Below, piece after piece: positions 55,227 through 63,373 of a DNA stretch of 64,000 nt. Source of the stretch: a virus. Made by a program: the position numbers and the translations under genes. The notes beneath the pieces were generated by a model. The model was not told the DNA's origin. It saw only the letters and a program-made list of their open reading frames with translations, and did not search any database. The DNA is taken from the IMG/VR virus record IMGVR_UViG_3300021131_000003, positions 1-64,000 of that record. The stretch is one strand, 5' to 3'. The number at the start of each line of letters is the position of its first letter. The first letter of the stretch is position 1.

Positions 55227-56810
55227 CTATCTAAAGAAGGGGGAGCTAGAGACCTCTACCGATGGCATTGTTAAATCCATAGTTAGAGATACAGCAATAG
55301 CCAAACTATCGGCATAGTCATCATGGGCATGGGCTTCCTCAGGAGCATGTGCTAAGAAGTTAGGCCCAGTGAACTTAGTCTCTAGGTCTGTCATCTGTTG
55401 ATAGAACCGTTTCCATGTGCGTAGACGACGCGTTTTTGCATGAGCAGGCCAACCAACCATACGACGGTCAATAAGAGCCTTAAGATGCTTCCACCTCTTA
55501 GACTGCTCTGGTTGGCTACTGCCAAGTGCATGAACTTCTGCTTTAGGTAGTAATAGCTTAAGTCTTTGGGCTACTGCATCGCCCACGCCATTTGAGTCAA
55601 CTCCAACAGCAAGCACGTCATAGTTATTTAAAAAACTAACAATCTGGAAGTACTGGTCTTCCCAGTCATCACCCTGCAGCTCAAGCCAGTTGAGGATGCG
55701 GTGGTCAAAGTAACCAAACTCATCTGGGCGGTCCCAGTCAACCCAGACCACAGTTACAACAGTAGAGTCAATCTTACGCGCTGGGTCAATACCAACAACT
55801 ACAGGCGTACGGTGCCAGGCTTTGACTGTTTCTTGAGAAGTGTCACCAAGCTCATCCATAACAGTAGACGTTACGAACATACCTCGTTCAAGAAGCCACT
55901 TGCAGTTGTACGACATCTGAAACTCGTCTGAGTCCTCGCCGATACGTAGCATCTCTTTCTTGATGTACTTAGCATAGTTGGCGTTAACCTTAGCCACATC
56001 TCGCCAATCCCATTGGAAGTGGTTCTGTCTAGAACGGGCTGTCTGAGCTCTTTTGTTTAACTGTATGCTTCTGTAAAAATTGTTCTTAGACGTTGTAGGC
56101 GTTCCTGTTTTAACCATGGTGCCAGAATAATAAGCAAGCATAGGGCTAATGGATTTAGAAACAACAAAATCATCCGCCTCTTGGCACTCGTCAATAACAA
56201 TAAGATGAAAAGATTTAGATTCAATCTTGGCCCTAGGGTTAGCGGTCATCATCATAAGAGATGAACCTGAGTTCTTTAATTTAATCTGCCGTGTTACTCC
56301 AGGCACCTTGCCCAAGCTATCGTCAATCTCTGGGTCGCCTAGAATCTCTAAAGCGCGCTCGCTGGTTAGTCGGTTAACTGTACGACCGAATAGAGTTTCT
56401 ACCTGACCCTCAACTGGGGCAAACATGCCAATCCAGATACCTTCTTTGAACTTCCCTAGAAGGTCTGGGTACATCTTGGCTAGGCGTGGCAGGAGAACCA
56501 TAAGCGTAGCCACAGTGTTGGCGATAGTCTCTGACTTACCCGACTGACGAGCGGCAAGGGCGGTGATTTCCTCACCATCATTGATAATAACTGACTCGAT
56601 AATCCGCTTAGCTAACGGCATCTGATATGGGTGAAGCTCATGCCCTACCAGCGCAGTCTGGAACTGAATGCAGCGCTCTACTATCTTTTTGACAAACTCC
56701 TTAGAGAGCTCGTCTAGTTCATCCTCGGGCTCTTCTTGAACAAGCTCGTCTTCTTCCTCTTCGGGAAGGAACTCGTCCTCATCAAAATCATCTATTAATG
56801 GTTGGCTCAT
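55227..56810 (-). CDS. Terminase large subunit
   Basis: ARQSGKS, VIDE, TGTP, VGID, HDDYADS. Confidence 0.93.
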   Translation of the reverse strand: MSQPLIDDFDEDEFLPEEEEDELVQEEPEDELDELSKEFVKKIVERCIQFQTALVGHELHPYQMPLAKRIIESVIINDGEEITALAARQSGKSETIANTVATLMVLLPRLAKMYPDLLGKFKEGIWIGMFAPVEGQVETLFGRTVNRLTSERALEILGDPEIDDSLGKVPGVTRQIKLKNSGSSLMMMTANPRAKIESKSFHLIVIDECQEADDFVVSKSISPMLAYYSGTMVKTGTPTTSKNNFYRSIQLNKRAQTARSRQNHFQWDWRDVAKVNANYAKYIKKEMLRIGEDSDEFQMSYNCKWLLERGMFVTSTVMDELGDTSQETVKAWHRTPVVVGIDPARKIDSTVVTVVWVDWDRPDEFGYFDHRILNWLELQGDDWEDQYFQIVSFLNNYDVLAVGVDSNGVGDAVAQRLKLLLPKAEVHALGSSQPEQSKRWKHLKALIDRRMVGWPAHAKTRRLRTWKRFYQQMTDLETKFTGPNFLAHAPEEAHAHDDYADSLAIAVSLTMDLTMPSVEVSSSPFFR

Positions 56811-56834
56811 ATTACTCCAAGTGTATTTGCAAAC

Positions 56835-56862
56835 AAAAAGCCTGGGTTATTAAACCCAGGTT
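56835..56862 (-). terminator. Intrinsic terminator
   Basis: CCTGGGTT/AACCCAGG stem followed by CTTTTT. Confidence 0.7.
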
Positions 56863-56897
56863 CTTTGTTCCACTACGGGGATGAGAGAGAGTGGTAA
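56835..56897 (-). ncRNA. Candidate ~60-nt small RNA
   Basis: Extended -10 TGcTAGACT, hairpin with pyrimidine loop, then intrinsic terminator. Confidence 0.35.
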
Positions 56898-56924
56898 GCG
56901 TAGTCTAGCAGATTGTCGACAAAT

Positions 56925-57176
56925 CTACTTAACGCGTGTCGTCCTAGAGTTAAGCTCGTCTACAACAGCATGTAAAGCTTCTGCTCCAGTGAGAGCTTCA
57001 GTCAGATAAACAGTCTCTCGGTTCTTTGAGTAAGAGCTCATGCACCTGCCAATTTCATAAAGAGATTGGTCAATCCACATCTCTAGCTCTGCAGTTGGTA
57101 TCTTGGCAACCCTCTTAGCCACCCGTTCAGAGAAGGGCTTTGTCCAAGCTTCATTCTTTTTCCCGAACACGGGCAA
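56925..57176 (-). CDS. Hypothetical protein
   Basis: GTG-start helical ORF overlapping the upstream gene. Confidence 0.6.
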   Translation of the reverse strand: MPVFGKKNEAWTKPFSERVAKRVAKIPTAELEMWIDQSLYEIGRCMSSYSKNRETVYLTEALTGAEALHAVVDELNSRTTRVK

Positions 57177-57444
57177 CCCCTTCCTCGTCGGTTCTAGCCT
57201 TTAATGCTTTAGCAATAATTTCATCAATATCTTCGTCTGAGAGGTCCCACTGAGGGTTCTTTACTGTATTGAAGAGAACTCCAATGTAGTAGCCAGGGAT
57301 TGTAAAGGGGACTCTAAACACCAAGCAATGACCGTAGCGGTAAGGCATATCAGTCTCTTGGGTATGTCCAACCTCAACAATGGGTAGGAACTTGCGGTGA
57401 TAGTAGTTCAGCTTGCCTACGTATAGTGGTCCAAGTGTTTTCAT
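57151..57444 (-). CDS. Hypothetical protein
   Basis: Likely start MKTLGP after SD AGGAG. Confidence 0.6.
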   Translation of the reverse strand: MKTLGPLYVGKLNYYHRKFLPIVEVGHTQETDMPYRYGHCLVFRVPFTIPGYYIGVLFNTVKNPQWDLSDEDIDEIIAKALKARTDEEGVARVREKE

Positions 57445-57446
57445 TA

Positions 57447-57986
57447 TTACTCCTTCGGAAAGAAGACTTCTTCCCAAGTAGGTATCTTAGTAGAGGAGTT
57501 CTGCATCCTGCTGGCTGTAGAGGCGGTATAGCTGAGTCTAGCCTTAGCACCTTCAGAGAGCACATCTAAATTAGCAGCGTGGTGGGAACTGCAGTTGTTT
57601 TCTAGCGTTTTTAAATAATCATTTGTAGAAGAGCTGTTCTTAAGACCAAGCCATATCTCTGGGGATACATCATTATATTGCCACCAAGCGCCAGACCTAA
57701 AGACAATCAATACAGTACTGGTGTTGTGGTTGTAGCCAATCGTATAAGCGCGTGGGCGACTAGGGTTTGCGGTAGGGGCTGTATAAACCTCAGAACCTGC
57801 ATCCTTTACATCGTTTGGTAGCTCAATCGACCAATCGCCAGGCTTATCAGATGAAGCCTCGCCCTCTGGTGTAGAGGAATTGCGAGAGAAGGTGTTTGCA
57901 TTACGCTCTCTTGCTTGTTGAAGCTCTACCATCGCCTCATTAAGGCGTTCGGACATGAGCTTCTTCATGTCATCGCGTTTAGCCAT
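57447..57986 (-). CDS. KTSC-domain protein
   Basis: IGYN...LIVFRSG...QYNDVSPEIWLGLKNSSS. Confidence 0.7.
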   Translation of the reverse strand: MAKRDDMKKLMSERLNEAMVELQQARERNANTFSRNSSTPEGEASSDKPGDWSIELPNDVKDAGSEVYTAPTANPSRPRAYTIGYNHNTSTVLIVFRSGAWWQYNDVSPEIWLGLKNSSSTNDYLKTLENNCSSHHAANLDVLSEGAKARLSYTASTASRMQNSSTKIPTWEEVFFPKE

Positions 57987-58246
57987 TATTCCTCGCAGTG
58001 ATGGTTTTCGGTCTCTGTCTCCAGTACTCTAACTAAACAGAGCGAACACCGCAAGTAGCGCGGTGGTTTATAGTTATTCTGAACGGTAGCGCCCAGTGGA
58101 ACATCTTCGCCGTATTCGCTACGGTCATAGTTATCCGTAACAATCTCAGGCTCTTTAAAGAGGTCACGTGGGAACGGCCCCTTAGGGTCAACTATGCGGT
58201 CAGGTACGGGGTGTACCTGAACCGCTTGATAGGTTGTGACCCGCAT
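57986..58246 (-). CDS. Small zinc-binding protein
   Basis: CSLC...HHC. Confidence 0.55.
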   Translation of the reverse strand: MRVTTYQAVQVHPVPDRIVDPKGPFPRDLFKEPEIVTDNYDRSEYGEDVPLGATVQNNYKPPRYLRCSLCLVRVLETETENHHCEE

Positions 58247-58440
58247 TACTTAGACTCTGTAGAATCCTCAGCAGGTGTGGCTGTTGACTTAGCCGCCTTT
58301 GGCTTGATTAATGGGAACTGACCAGCGTGTGCGCGCTCAGTCAACCAAGGTGGTAGACAAGCTTCGCAATAGTTAATTGGCTCTGCGTTACCTTCATCAA
58401 CAAGGTAGATAGATTCCATCTCACAGTTAAAGCACTTCAT
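58246..58440 (-). CDS. Small zinc-binding protein
   Basis: CFNC...CEAC; SD AGGAGG. Confidence 0.6.
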   Translation of the reverse strand: MKCFNCEMESIYLVDEGNAEPINYCEACLPPWLTERAHAGQFPLIKPKAAKSTATPAEDSTESK

Positions 58441-58473
58441 ATGTCCTCCTAAGAACAGATATCAGTATAGATG

Positions 58474-58504
58474 AAAAAGAGGGGCAAGGTTACCCCTGCC
58501 CCTC
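58474..58504 (-). terminator. Intrinsic terminator after lysis genes
   Basis: GAGGGGCA/TGCCCCTC stem followed by TTTTT. Confidence 0.75.
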
Positions 58505-58516
58505 GATTTCTAGTTA

Positions 58517-58723
58517 TTACTTAGATGCGTCTGAAGATGCGCCTACGCCGAATGCGCCATCCTTAGGGTTCAATGCACGGAGCAATGGACCTGCAACTGA
58601 TGCAACTGCTGCGCTGATAAGCGCCTTTGAGTTGTGATTTCCTGCCATGTACATGGCGAGTACTGCGGAGACAGCTGTGCGAGCGTATGAGGCTGCTGCT
58701 GCTTGTAGTGCCTTTGAGTTCAT
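58517..58723 (-). CDS. Putative holin
   Basis: Two hydrophobic helices, SYAR...PLLRALNPKD..FG; follows the endolysin. Confidence 0.7.
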   Translation of the reverse strand: MNSKALQAAAASYARTAVSAVLAMYMAGNHNSKALISAAVASVAGPLLRALNPKDGAFGVGASSDASK

Positions 58724-58737
58724 GTTTATCCTTTTTA

Positions 58738-59286
58738 TTAGGCTGTGTACTTTGGACGTCCAAAGCCAACAACAGTTGCCCAGAGGTGGCGTTTGTTATC
58801 CACACGGTAACCGCGGACGTTGGAAGCAACTTCTCCGCCGTTATCTGGACTACCAGAAGGCTTGTGGTCAGGAGATGTGTTCCCTTCCACAGTTGTAATC
58901 GTACCATCACCGTTATCTTTTAACACGACTCCTACGTGCTGAACTGGGGAGGTAGGCAGCGCATGTTGAATAAAACTGAAGAAAATAAGGTCTCCAGGCT
59001 GTGGGGTACCTGTAGCTGGGTCGATAATTGCATGGGTGTTCTTAAACGCCTCGTACCCAGCTGGTGTGTAAACAACGTTTGGAATTGTTACGTTCGCTTG
59101 TTTTGCACACCACATCATGAAGCTTCCGCACCATGCTTGACCGTCGTGGCCTGTGAACTTGCCGTAATCAGTCTCGTTGTCTTTAGGGCCTTCTACGACA
59201 CCTACCTGAGACATAGCTACTTCTAGAAAGCGCGCAGCTGAACCTGCAGGCTTAGTTGTTACTGGTGGTACTGGCTTTGCACTCAT
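58738..59286 (-). CDS. CHAP-domain endolysin
   Basis: AWCGSF, PQPGD, HVGVV, VEGNT. Confidence 0.88.
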   Translation of the reverse strand: MSAKPVPPVTTKPAGSAARFLEVAMSQVGVVEGPKDNETDYGKFTGHDGQAWCGSFMMWCAKQANVTIPNVVYTPAGYEAFKNTHAIIDPATGTPQPGDLIFFSFIQHALPTSPVQHVGVVLKDNGDGTITTVEGNTSPDHKPSGSPDNGGEVASNVRGYRVDNKRHLWATVVGFGRPKYTA

Positions 59287-59594
59287 CCGTGCTCCTTTAT
59301 GTGTTGTTCGAACGAACCCTCTAGCTTTGATAGTTTATCTCCGATATCAACTTGTCGGTCGGTTAGATTCTCAAGCATAGGGATAATCTGTAGGTTAATC
59401 TTATCATGCACAGAACCGCCGCCATTGGGGGTGAGCTCTTGAATTGCTGGGGCCATAGACTTCTTTAAGTCTTCGGACTGCTCTGTTATTACGTGATAGA
59501 TAGCCTTCTTAGCTATAAACCATAATACGCTTCCTACCGCACCTGTTACGAAGGTGTATGAGTAGATTACTGTTGCCCAGTCAGATGATGTCAC
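59283..59594 (-). CDS. Membrane protein of lysis cassette
   Basis: One TM helix, ELTPNGGGS motif seen in actinophage lysis-cassette proteins. Confidence 0.65.
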   Translation of the reverse strand: MTSSDWATVIYSYTFVTGAVGSVLWFIAKKAIYHVITEQSEDLKKSMAPAIQELTPNGGGSVHDKINLQIIPMLENLTDRQVDIGDKLSKLEGSFEQHIKEHG

Positions 59595-59733
59595 GCGTAT
59601 ATCCGTTCATGAGTGTGATGTCAATGGATAAGCTTAGTGAGTATGTTCTACATGTAAGAATCACGAAATATACGAATAAACATAAGTTTACAGATAAATT
59701 GTGTATTTTCTATGTGAAGTCAGCGTTTATGAC

Positions 59734-59763
59734 TTGACATGCTCCGTAACTCTTTGGTTTGCT
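59734..59763 (+). promoter_or_regulatory. Candidate promoter for the plus-strand cassette
   Basis: Perfect TTGACA; -10 is weak (TGgTTTGCT). Confidence 0.4.
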
Positions 59764-59774
59764 AGTACATGACA

Positions 59775-59825
59775 GGGGGCACCAGCGATGGTGCCCTTAG
59801 CCAACTGAGAGGAGCAGCGATGCTC
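59775..59825 (+). promoter_or_regulatory. Twin GCGA-tetraloop hairpin leader
   Basis: GGGCACCA-GCGA-TGGTGCCC and GAGCA-GCGA-TGCTC; the second covers part of the SD and the ATG. Confidence 0.55.
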
Positions 59826-60341
59826 AATATCAGAATTAATCTAACGATTAATCTAAGAAAGGTGTTTGCGGCAGGCCTAGCAATCTTTATGTTAGCGTCA
59901 CACCTCATCTCACCTGCATATGCACTGACACGTACATCCTCTGTTCTACATGAGAGGGTCGTCACAGTGAATCTTACTTATTTAAAGGTAAGTACAACCA
60001 AATCCCAAGCAGAAGCCGCTGTAGCGAGCCCATATGCTAAGTACTTTGACCCAGAAGCCCTTGCGTTCCTGACAACCTATGCTCAGGGTATGCCTATGGC
60101 CGAATGGAAGTGCTTAGACAACATCTGGCAGCATGAGAGCCACTTCAACCCTAAAGCCCTAAACATGGGGTCTAAGGCTTTTGGTATCGCTCAATTCTTG
60201 CCAAGCACGTGGGGCAACTATAAGGTTACGAAGACAGCTAGCGCTGCACTACAAATTAAATACGGCCTACGGTACATCCACAACAGATACGGAGACGCAT
60301 GTAATGCTTGGAACTTCTGGAAAACTCACGGGTGGTACTAA
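59820..60341 (+). CDS. Secreted lytic transglycosylase (SLT-like)
   Basis: Signal peptide ending AYA; CLDNIWQHESHFNPKA, GIAQ, QIKYGLRYIHNRYG. Confidence 0.88.
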   Translation: MLNIRINLTINLRKVFAAGLAIFMLASHLISPAYALTRTSSVLHERVVTVNLTYLKVSTTKSQAEAAVASPYAKYFDPEALAFLTTYAQGMPMAEWKCLDNIWQHESHFNPKALNMGSKAFGIAQFLPSTWGNYKVTKTASAALQIKYGLRYIHNRYGDACNAWNFWKTHGWY

Positions 60342-60585
60342 TGCACCTTATTTTGATGGGAGCCAGGTCTGCGCTCAAGTAGACCCAGAGCTCTTCTTTC
60401 CCGAAGTAGATTCATCTAAACACGATATAAAACGAGCGCTTGCTATATGCAGCGACTGTGAGTTTAAGGAACCGTGTTTAGAGTTTGCCCTCACTCACGA
60501 GAACGAATACATATACGGTATATGGGGCGGTACAACCCCAAAGCAGCGTAGGTTAATAAAACAAGCTAGAAGAAGGCGTAGATAG
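60304..60585 (+). CDS. whiB: Second WhiB-family transcription factor
   Basis: CAQVDPELFFP, C-x2-C-x5-C, GIWGG, RRRR tail; GGAG upstream of ATG 60304. Confidence 0.9.
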   Translation: MLGTSGKLTGGTNAPYFDGSQVCAQVDPELFFPEVDSSKHDIKRALAICSDCEFKEPCLEFALTHENEYIYGIWGGTTPKQRRLIKQARRRRR

Positions 60586-60586
60586 C

Positions 60587-60618
60587 AAAAAGCCCCAGCC
60601 GATTGGCTGGGGCTTTTT
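60587..60618. terminator. Bidirectional terminator
   Basis: AAAAAGCCCCAGCC-GATT-GGCTGGGGCTTTTT between convergent genes. Confidence 0.88.
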
Positions 60619-60628
60619 ATTTAAGCTA

Positions 60629-61723
60629 TTAGGCCCAAGGTGTGAGTGTAACTGCAGCACCTGCTGAGATTGATGCAGCACCAGCTGCAACGCTCTGGGT
60701 CTTGATTGTTCCTGTGGTTCCCTTAACTGTTGGGGTACCTGTAGGAGAAGCCACAGCGATAGCGGTGGTGTTGTTAGATACGAACGATACAGTGTTTGTA
60801 GCGTTTGCAGTAACAGTCCATGTGCCGTTAAGTTCTGTGGTTGTAGCATCTGCAAGACCAGCAATTGTAATCTTTGTACCAACTGGGAAGGCTGCGCCTG
60901 CGCCAGTAGCTGTTACAGTTGCGGTTGAAGAGCTAGCTGTACGAGCAGCAGCTGTGATTGAGATTGGTGTGTTTGTAGCAGCTGAAGCTGTGGTCTGTAC
61001 GAGTTCAGCGTCAGTCATAGCATCTACAGCATTTGCTGTGGTGAAGCCAAGGACGTTTGGAACTACTACATAATCTGTTCCGCTAACGTAAGCACCGTCA
61101 CCAGCTGTAATAGCATTTGTGTACTCTGCCTTAGCGTATTGACCTGTAAGAGTTACGCCTGAACCAGCTGCGTTAGTCACTGTGAATGACTGACGTGTAG
61201 ATGTAGCTACTGTTGCGTTTGAAAGGTTAAACGCGTTATTTGTGAAGCCTGTGATGTTTACAGCATCTCCTGGGTTCAAGAAGTTAAGAGATGTGTAGGT
61301 GATTGTTGTACCGTTACCTGAAGCCGCTGTAACAATGAAGTTACCTGGAGCTGGGGTGTATGAAGGGTATCCGCCCCAACCAGCTTCAGCACGAACGTGG
61401 TTGTCTGAAGGAACTGATTGTGTAATACCGTTATTAAGAGTTACTGTTGTGTTGCCATAAGCAAGGTTACCTGAAGCAACATATGTGGTCTGTGACCAAC
61501 CAGTGTCGCCTGTTGAACCGCCAGTCTGTGAGGCCGAAGCGCGGCGCTCATCGTTTGGCATAAGAGGGGTCTGACCCCATACAAAGTCAACTACTACGTT
61601 TCCTGCGGAATCTGTAGCGTGACCATCATTATTAACGCCGCCAGCTTGTGCCGCAATAGCTACTGCGTAAGCACCTGTAGCCTTTGGGTCACCAACCGCA
61701 GCTGGGTTGCTGTAACTTGACAT
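60629..61723 (-). CDS. Thr/Ala-rich virion-surface-like protein with split PASTA domain
   Basis: VVVPNVLGFT...A and GTIKTQSVAAG...VTL halves. Confidence 0.65.
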   Translation of the reverse strand: MSSYSNPAAVGDPKATGAYAVAIAAQAGGVNNDGHATDSAGNVVVDFVWGQTPLMPNDERRASASQTGGSTGDTGWSQTTYVASGNLAYGNTTVTLNNGITQSVPSDNHVRAEAGWGGYPSYTPAPGNFIVTAASGNGTTITYTSLNFLNPGDAVNITGFTNNAFNLSNATVATSTRQSFTVTNAAGSGVTLTGQYAKAEYTNAITAGDGAYVSGTDYVVVPNVLGFTTANAVDAMTDAELVQTTASAATNTPISITAAARTASSSTATVTATGAGAAFPVGTKITIAGLADATTTELNGTWTVTANATNTVSFVSNNTTAIAVASPTGTPTVKGTTGTIKTQSVAAGAASISAGAAVTLTPWA

Positions 61724-61810
61724 GAATTACCTTTTCTCTAGAGAGGTGTAACGCCTGATATCATGGGCGCAAGATTAAGTATCCCTTAGAGAATTGGATA
61801 TTGTCAGGGC

Positions 61811-62590
61811 TTATCGATTAGCTTGTTCCCAAGTCTTAACTGCTGAGTCAGGGTCGGCTTGATATGGGGCAGTTGTGCCATCTGGTCTAGGAATCTTAAC
61901 GTCTTCTCTGATTGGGTCAGAAGGCATGCGCTTACCCCAATAACCCATTGGATAGATAAACGGCTCAGCGTTAGGATTGTTAGTGGGAGTTGGAAGCGGG
62001 TTCTCGTTCCATACGCCTTCTTCGGTAACTAATGAGGTTATGCAATAGCGTTCTCCAGAGGTTACTAATTCAACCCCGTGCTTAGTATCTCCGCTATGAA
62101 ACACTACTGAACCTGCGACTGGCTTATATTTAAATCCGTACTCTGGGTATGAAATCTCCCCGCCCTCATAATCATCGTTAGGATAGATTACGGCGCCCCA
62201 AATGATTGGCTGCGGCATGTGGCGTTGATTATCAATGTGATAGAACATCTCCACAGTCGTATCACCCGTTGGGTTAGAGCCAGGCCACATCTTGATAAAG
62301 CTAACAGGGTTAGGTTTCCACTCTGTTTGGCGAACTGTATTTAATGTATCAATAATACGTTGTACTAGATTAGGTGCTATATCGTTTACAGGTTCAAATG
62401 AGTTCTCTAGACCAGGTAGGTTAGAGGAAGAGAGATTGAACAAACGCTGTTTCCAGAACTTAACTGGGTTTACAGGTAACTTATCCCACTCATAGTGCCT
62501 CATCCACTCCGATACGCGCTTGGTCTCTTCTGGTGTGAAGAAGTCGTAAGCAATCATAACGTTTCCGTCGCAATGGGTCTCTATTCTCAT
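61811..62590 (-). CDS. 2OG-Fe(II) oxygenase (prolyl 4-hydroxylase-like)
   Basis: HID, YPNDDYEGGE, HGV, GERY. Confidence 0.88.
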   Translation of the reverse strand: MRIETHCDGNVMIAYDFFTPEETKRVSEWMRHYEWDKLPVNPVKFWKQRLFNLSSSNLPGLENSFEPVNDIAPNLVQRIIDTLNTVRQTEWKPNPVSFIKMWPGSNPTGDTTVEMFYHIDNQRHMPQPIIWGAVIYPNDDYEGGEISYPEYGFKYKPVAGSVVFHSGDTKHGVELVTSGERYCITSLVTEEGVWNENPLPTPTNNPNAEPFIYPMGYWGKRMPSDPIREDVKIPRPDGTTAPYQADPDSAVKTWEQANR

Positions 62591-62599
62591 TTTAAGCTC

Positions 62600-63373
62600 C
62601 TAATTAAACTTGTAAAATAGCTCGTCAGTTGAGTATACGTGATAATCAGTTCTTATTTTAGGCCAAATATGCCTTTTAGCCTCTTCATCAAAGTCTTCAG
62701 AGAACTTTTTAACATCAGGCACTACTATTAGCTCGTTAAGCCTATTCAAATACGGAAGTCGAGTTTCATAGTCTTTCTTAACCTGCTCAAGGCTTACCGA
62801 CAACCCTAAGTCTTTAATTAGCTTATCTGCTATGACCATAGGGTCTTTAGGGATGTCTTCCATACGCATTAAGAAGTTTACGCGCTTAGCTCTTTCTAAT
62901 ACTGTCAAGATTCCAGCCTCAGCATCAATAGACGGGTCAATTGGCCCGTGAATGAATGGTCGCGTATATAAGAAGTTTTTAGCTTGAAAGTTATTCATCA
63001 TGTGCGGGATAACGCCATCTTGACCGTAATACAAAGAGCCTATAAGGATGCGCTTATCAAACAGGGAGGGGTCATACGATGGCGGATTAGGGTAAATTTG
63101 AGGCTTACTCTTATTAGCCACTATAAGTTGAAAGAATAAACTTGATATGTGCGTAGACGGGTCTCTAAGAGTAGACATGATGTAGGTATTCTCATCAATG
63201 TCTGGGTGCCAACAAGCGTGAGCCGTTGGGTTCTCAATAGGCACAGGGTTTATAACGTTTATTCCGTCTTCCCGCATGTAGGGGATTAGAAAGTTTATAA
63301 CGTTATTTAATATGAACCGCCCGCCAGTTCTAGGTATGTGTAGATGATAAAACGATTTATAAGAGGTTCTCAT
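62600..63373 (-). CDS. Sulfotransferase-family protein
   Basis: HLHIPRTGG (5'-PSB-like) and LRDP...SS (3'-PB-like). Confidence 0.7.
   Translation of the reverse strand: MRTSYKSFYHLHIPRTGGRFILNNVINFLIPYMREDGINVINPVPIENPTAHACWHPDIDENTYIMSTLRDPSTHISSLFFQLIVANKSKPQIYPNPPSYDPSLFDKRILIGSLYYGQDGVIPHMMNNFQAKNFLYTRPFIHGPIDPSIDAEAGILTVLERAKRVNFLMRMEDIPKDPMVIADKLIKDLGLSVSLEQVKKDYETRLPYLNRLNELIVVPDVKKFSEDFDEEAKRHIWPKIRTDYHVYSTDELFYKFN

Noticed and set aside
59600-59820. c-di-AMP (ydaO) riboswitch before the transglycosylase
   Set aside because: Leader after the putative promoter is only ~50 nt, and I could not see the multi-stem consensus
360-62495. Numerous other plus-strand and nested ORFs in the track (e.g. 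4103..4579, 22081..22473, 53485..53862, 60642..61073)
   Set aside because: They overlap well-supported minus-strand genes and lack motifs; only 59820..60585 is credible on the plus strand
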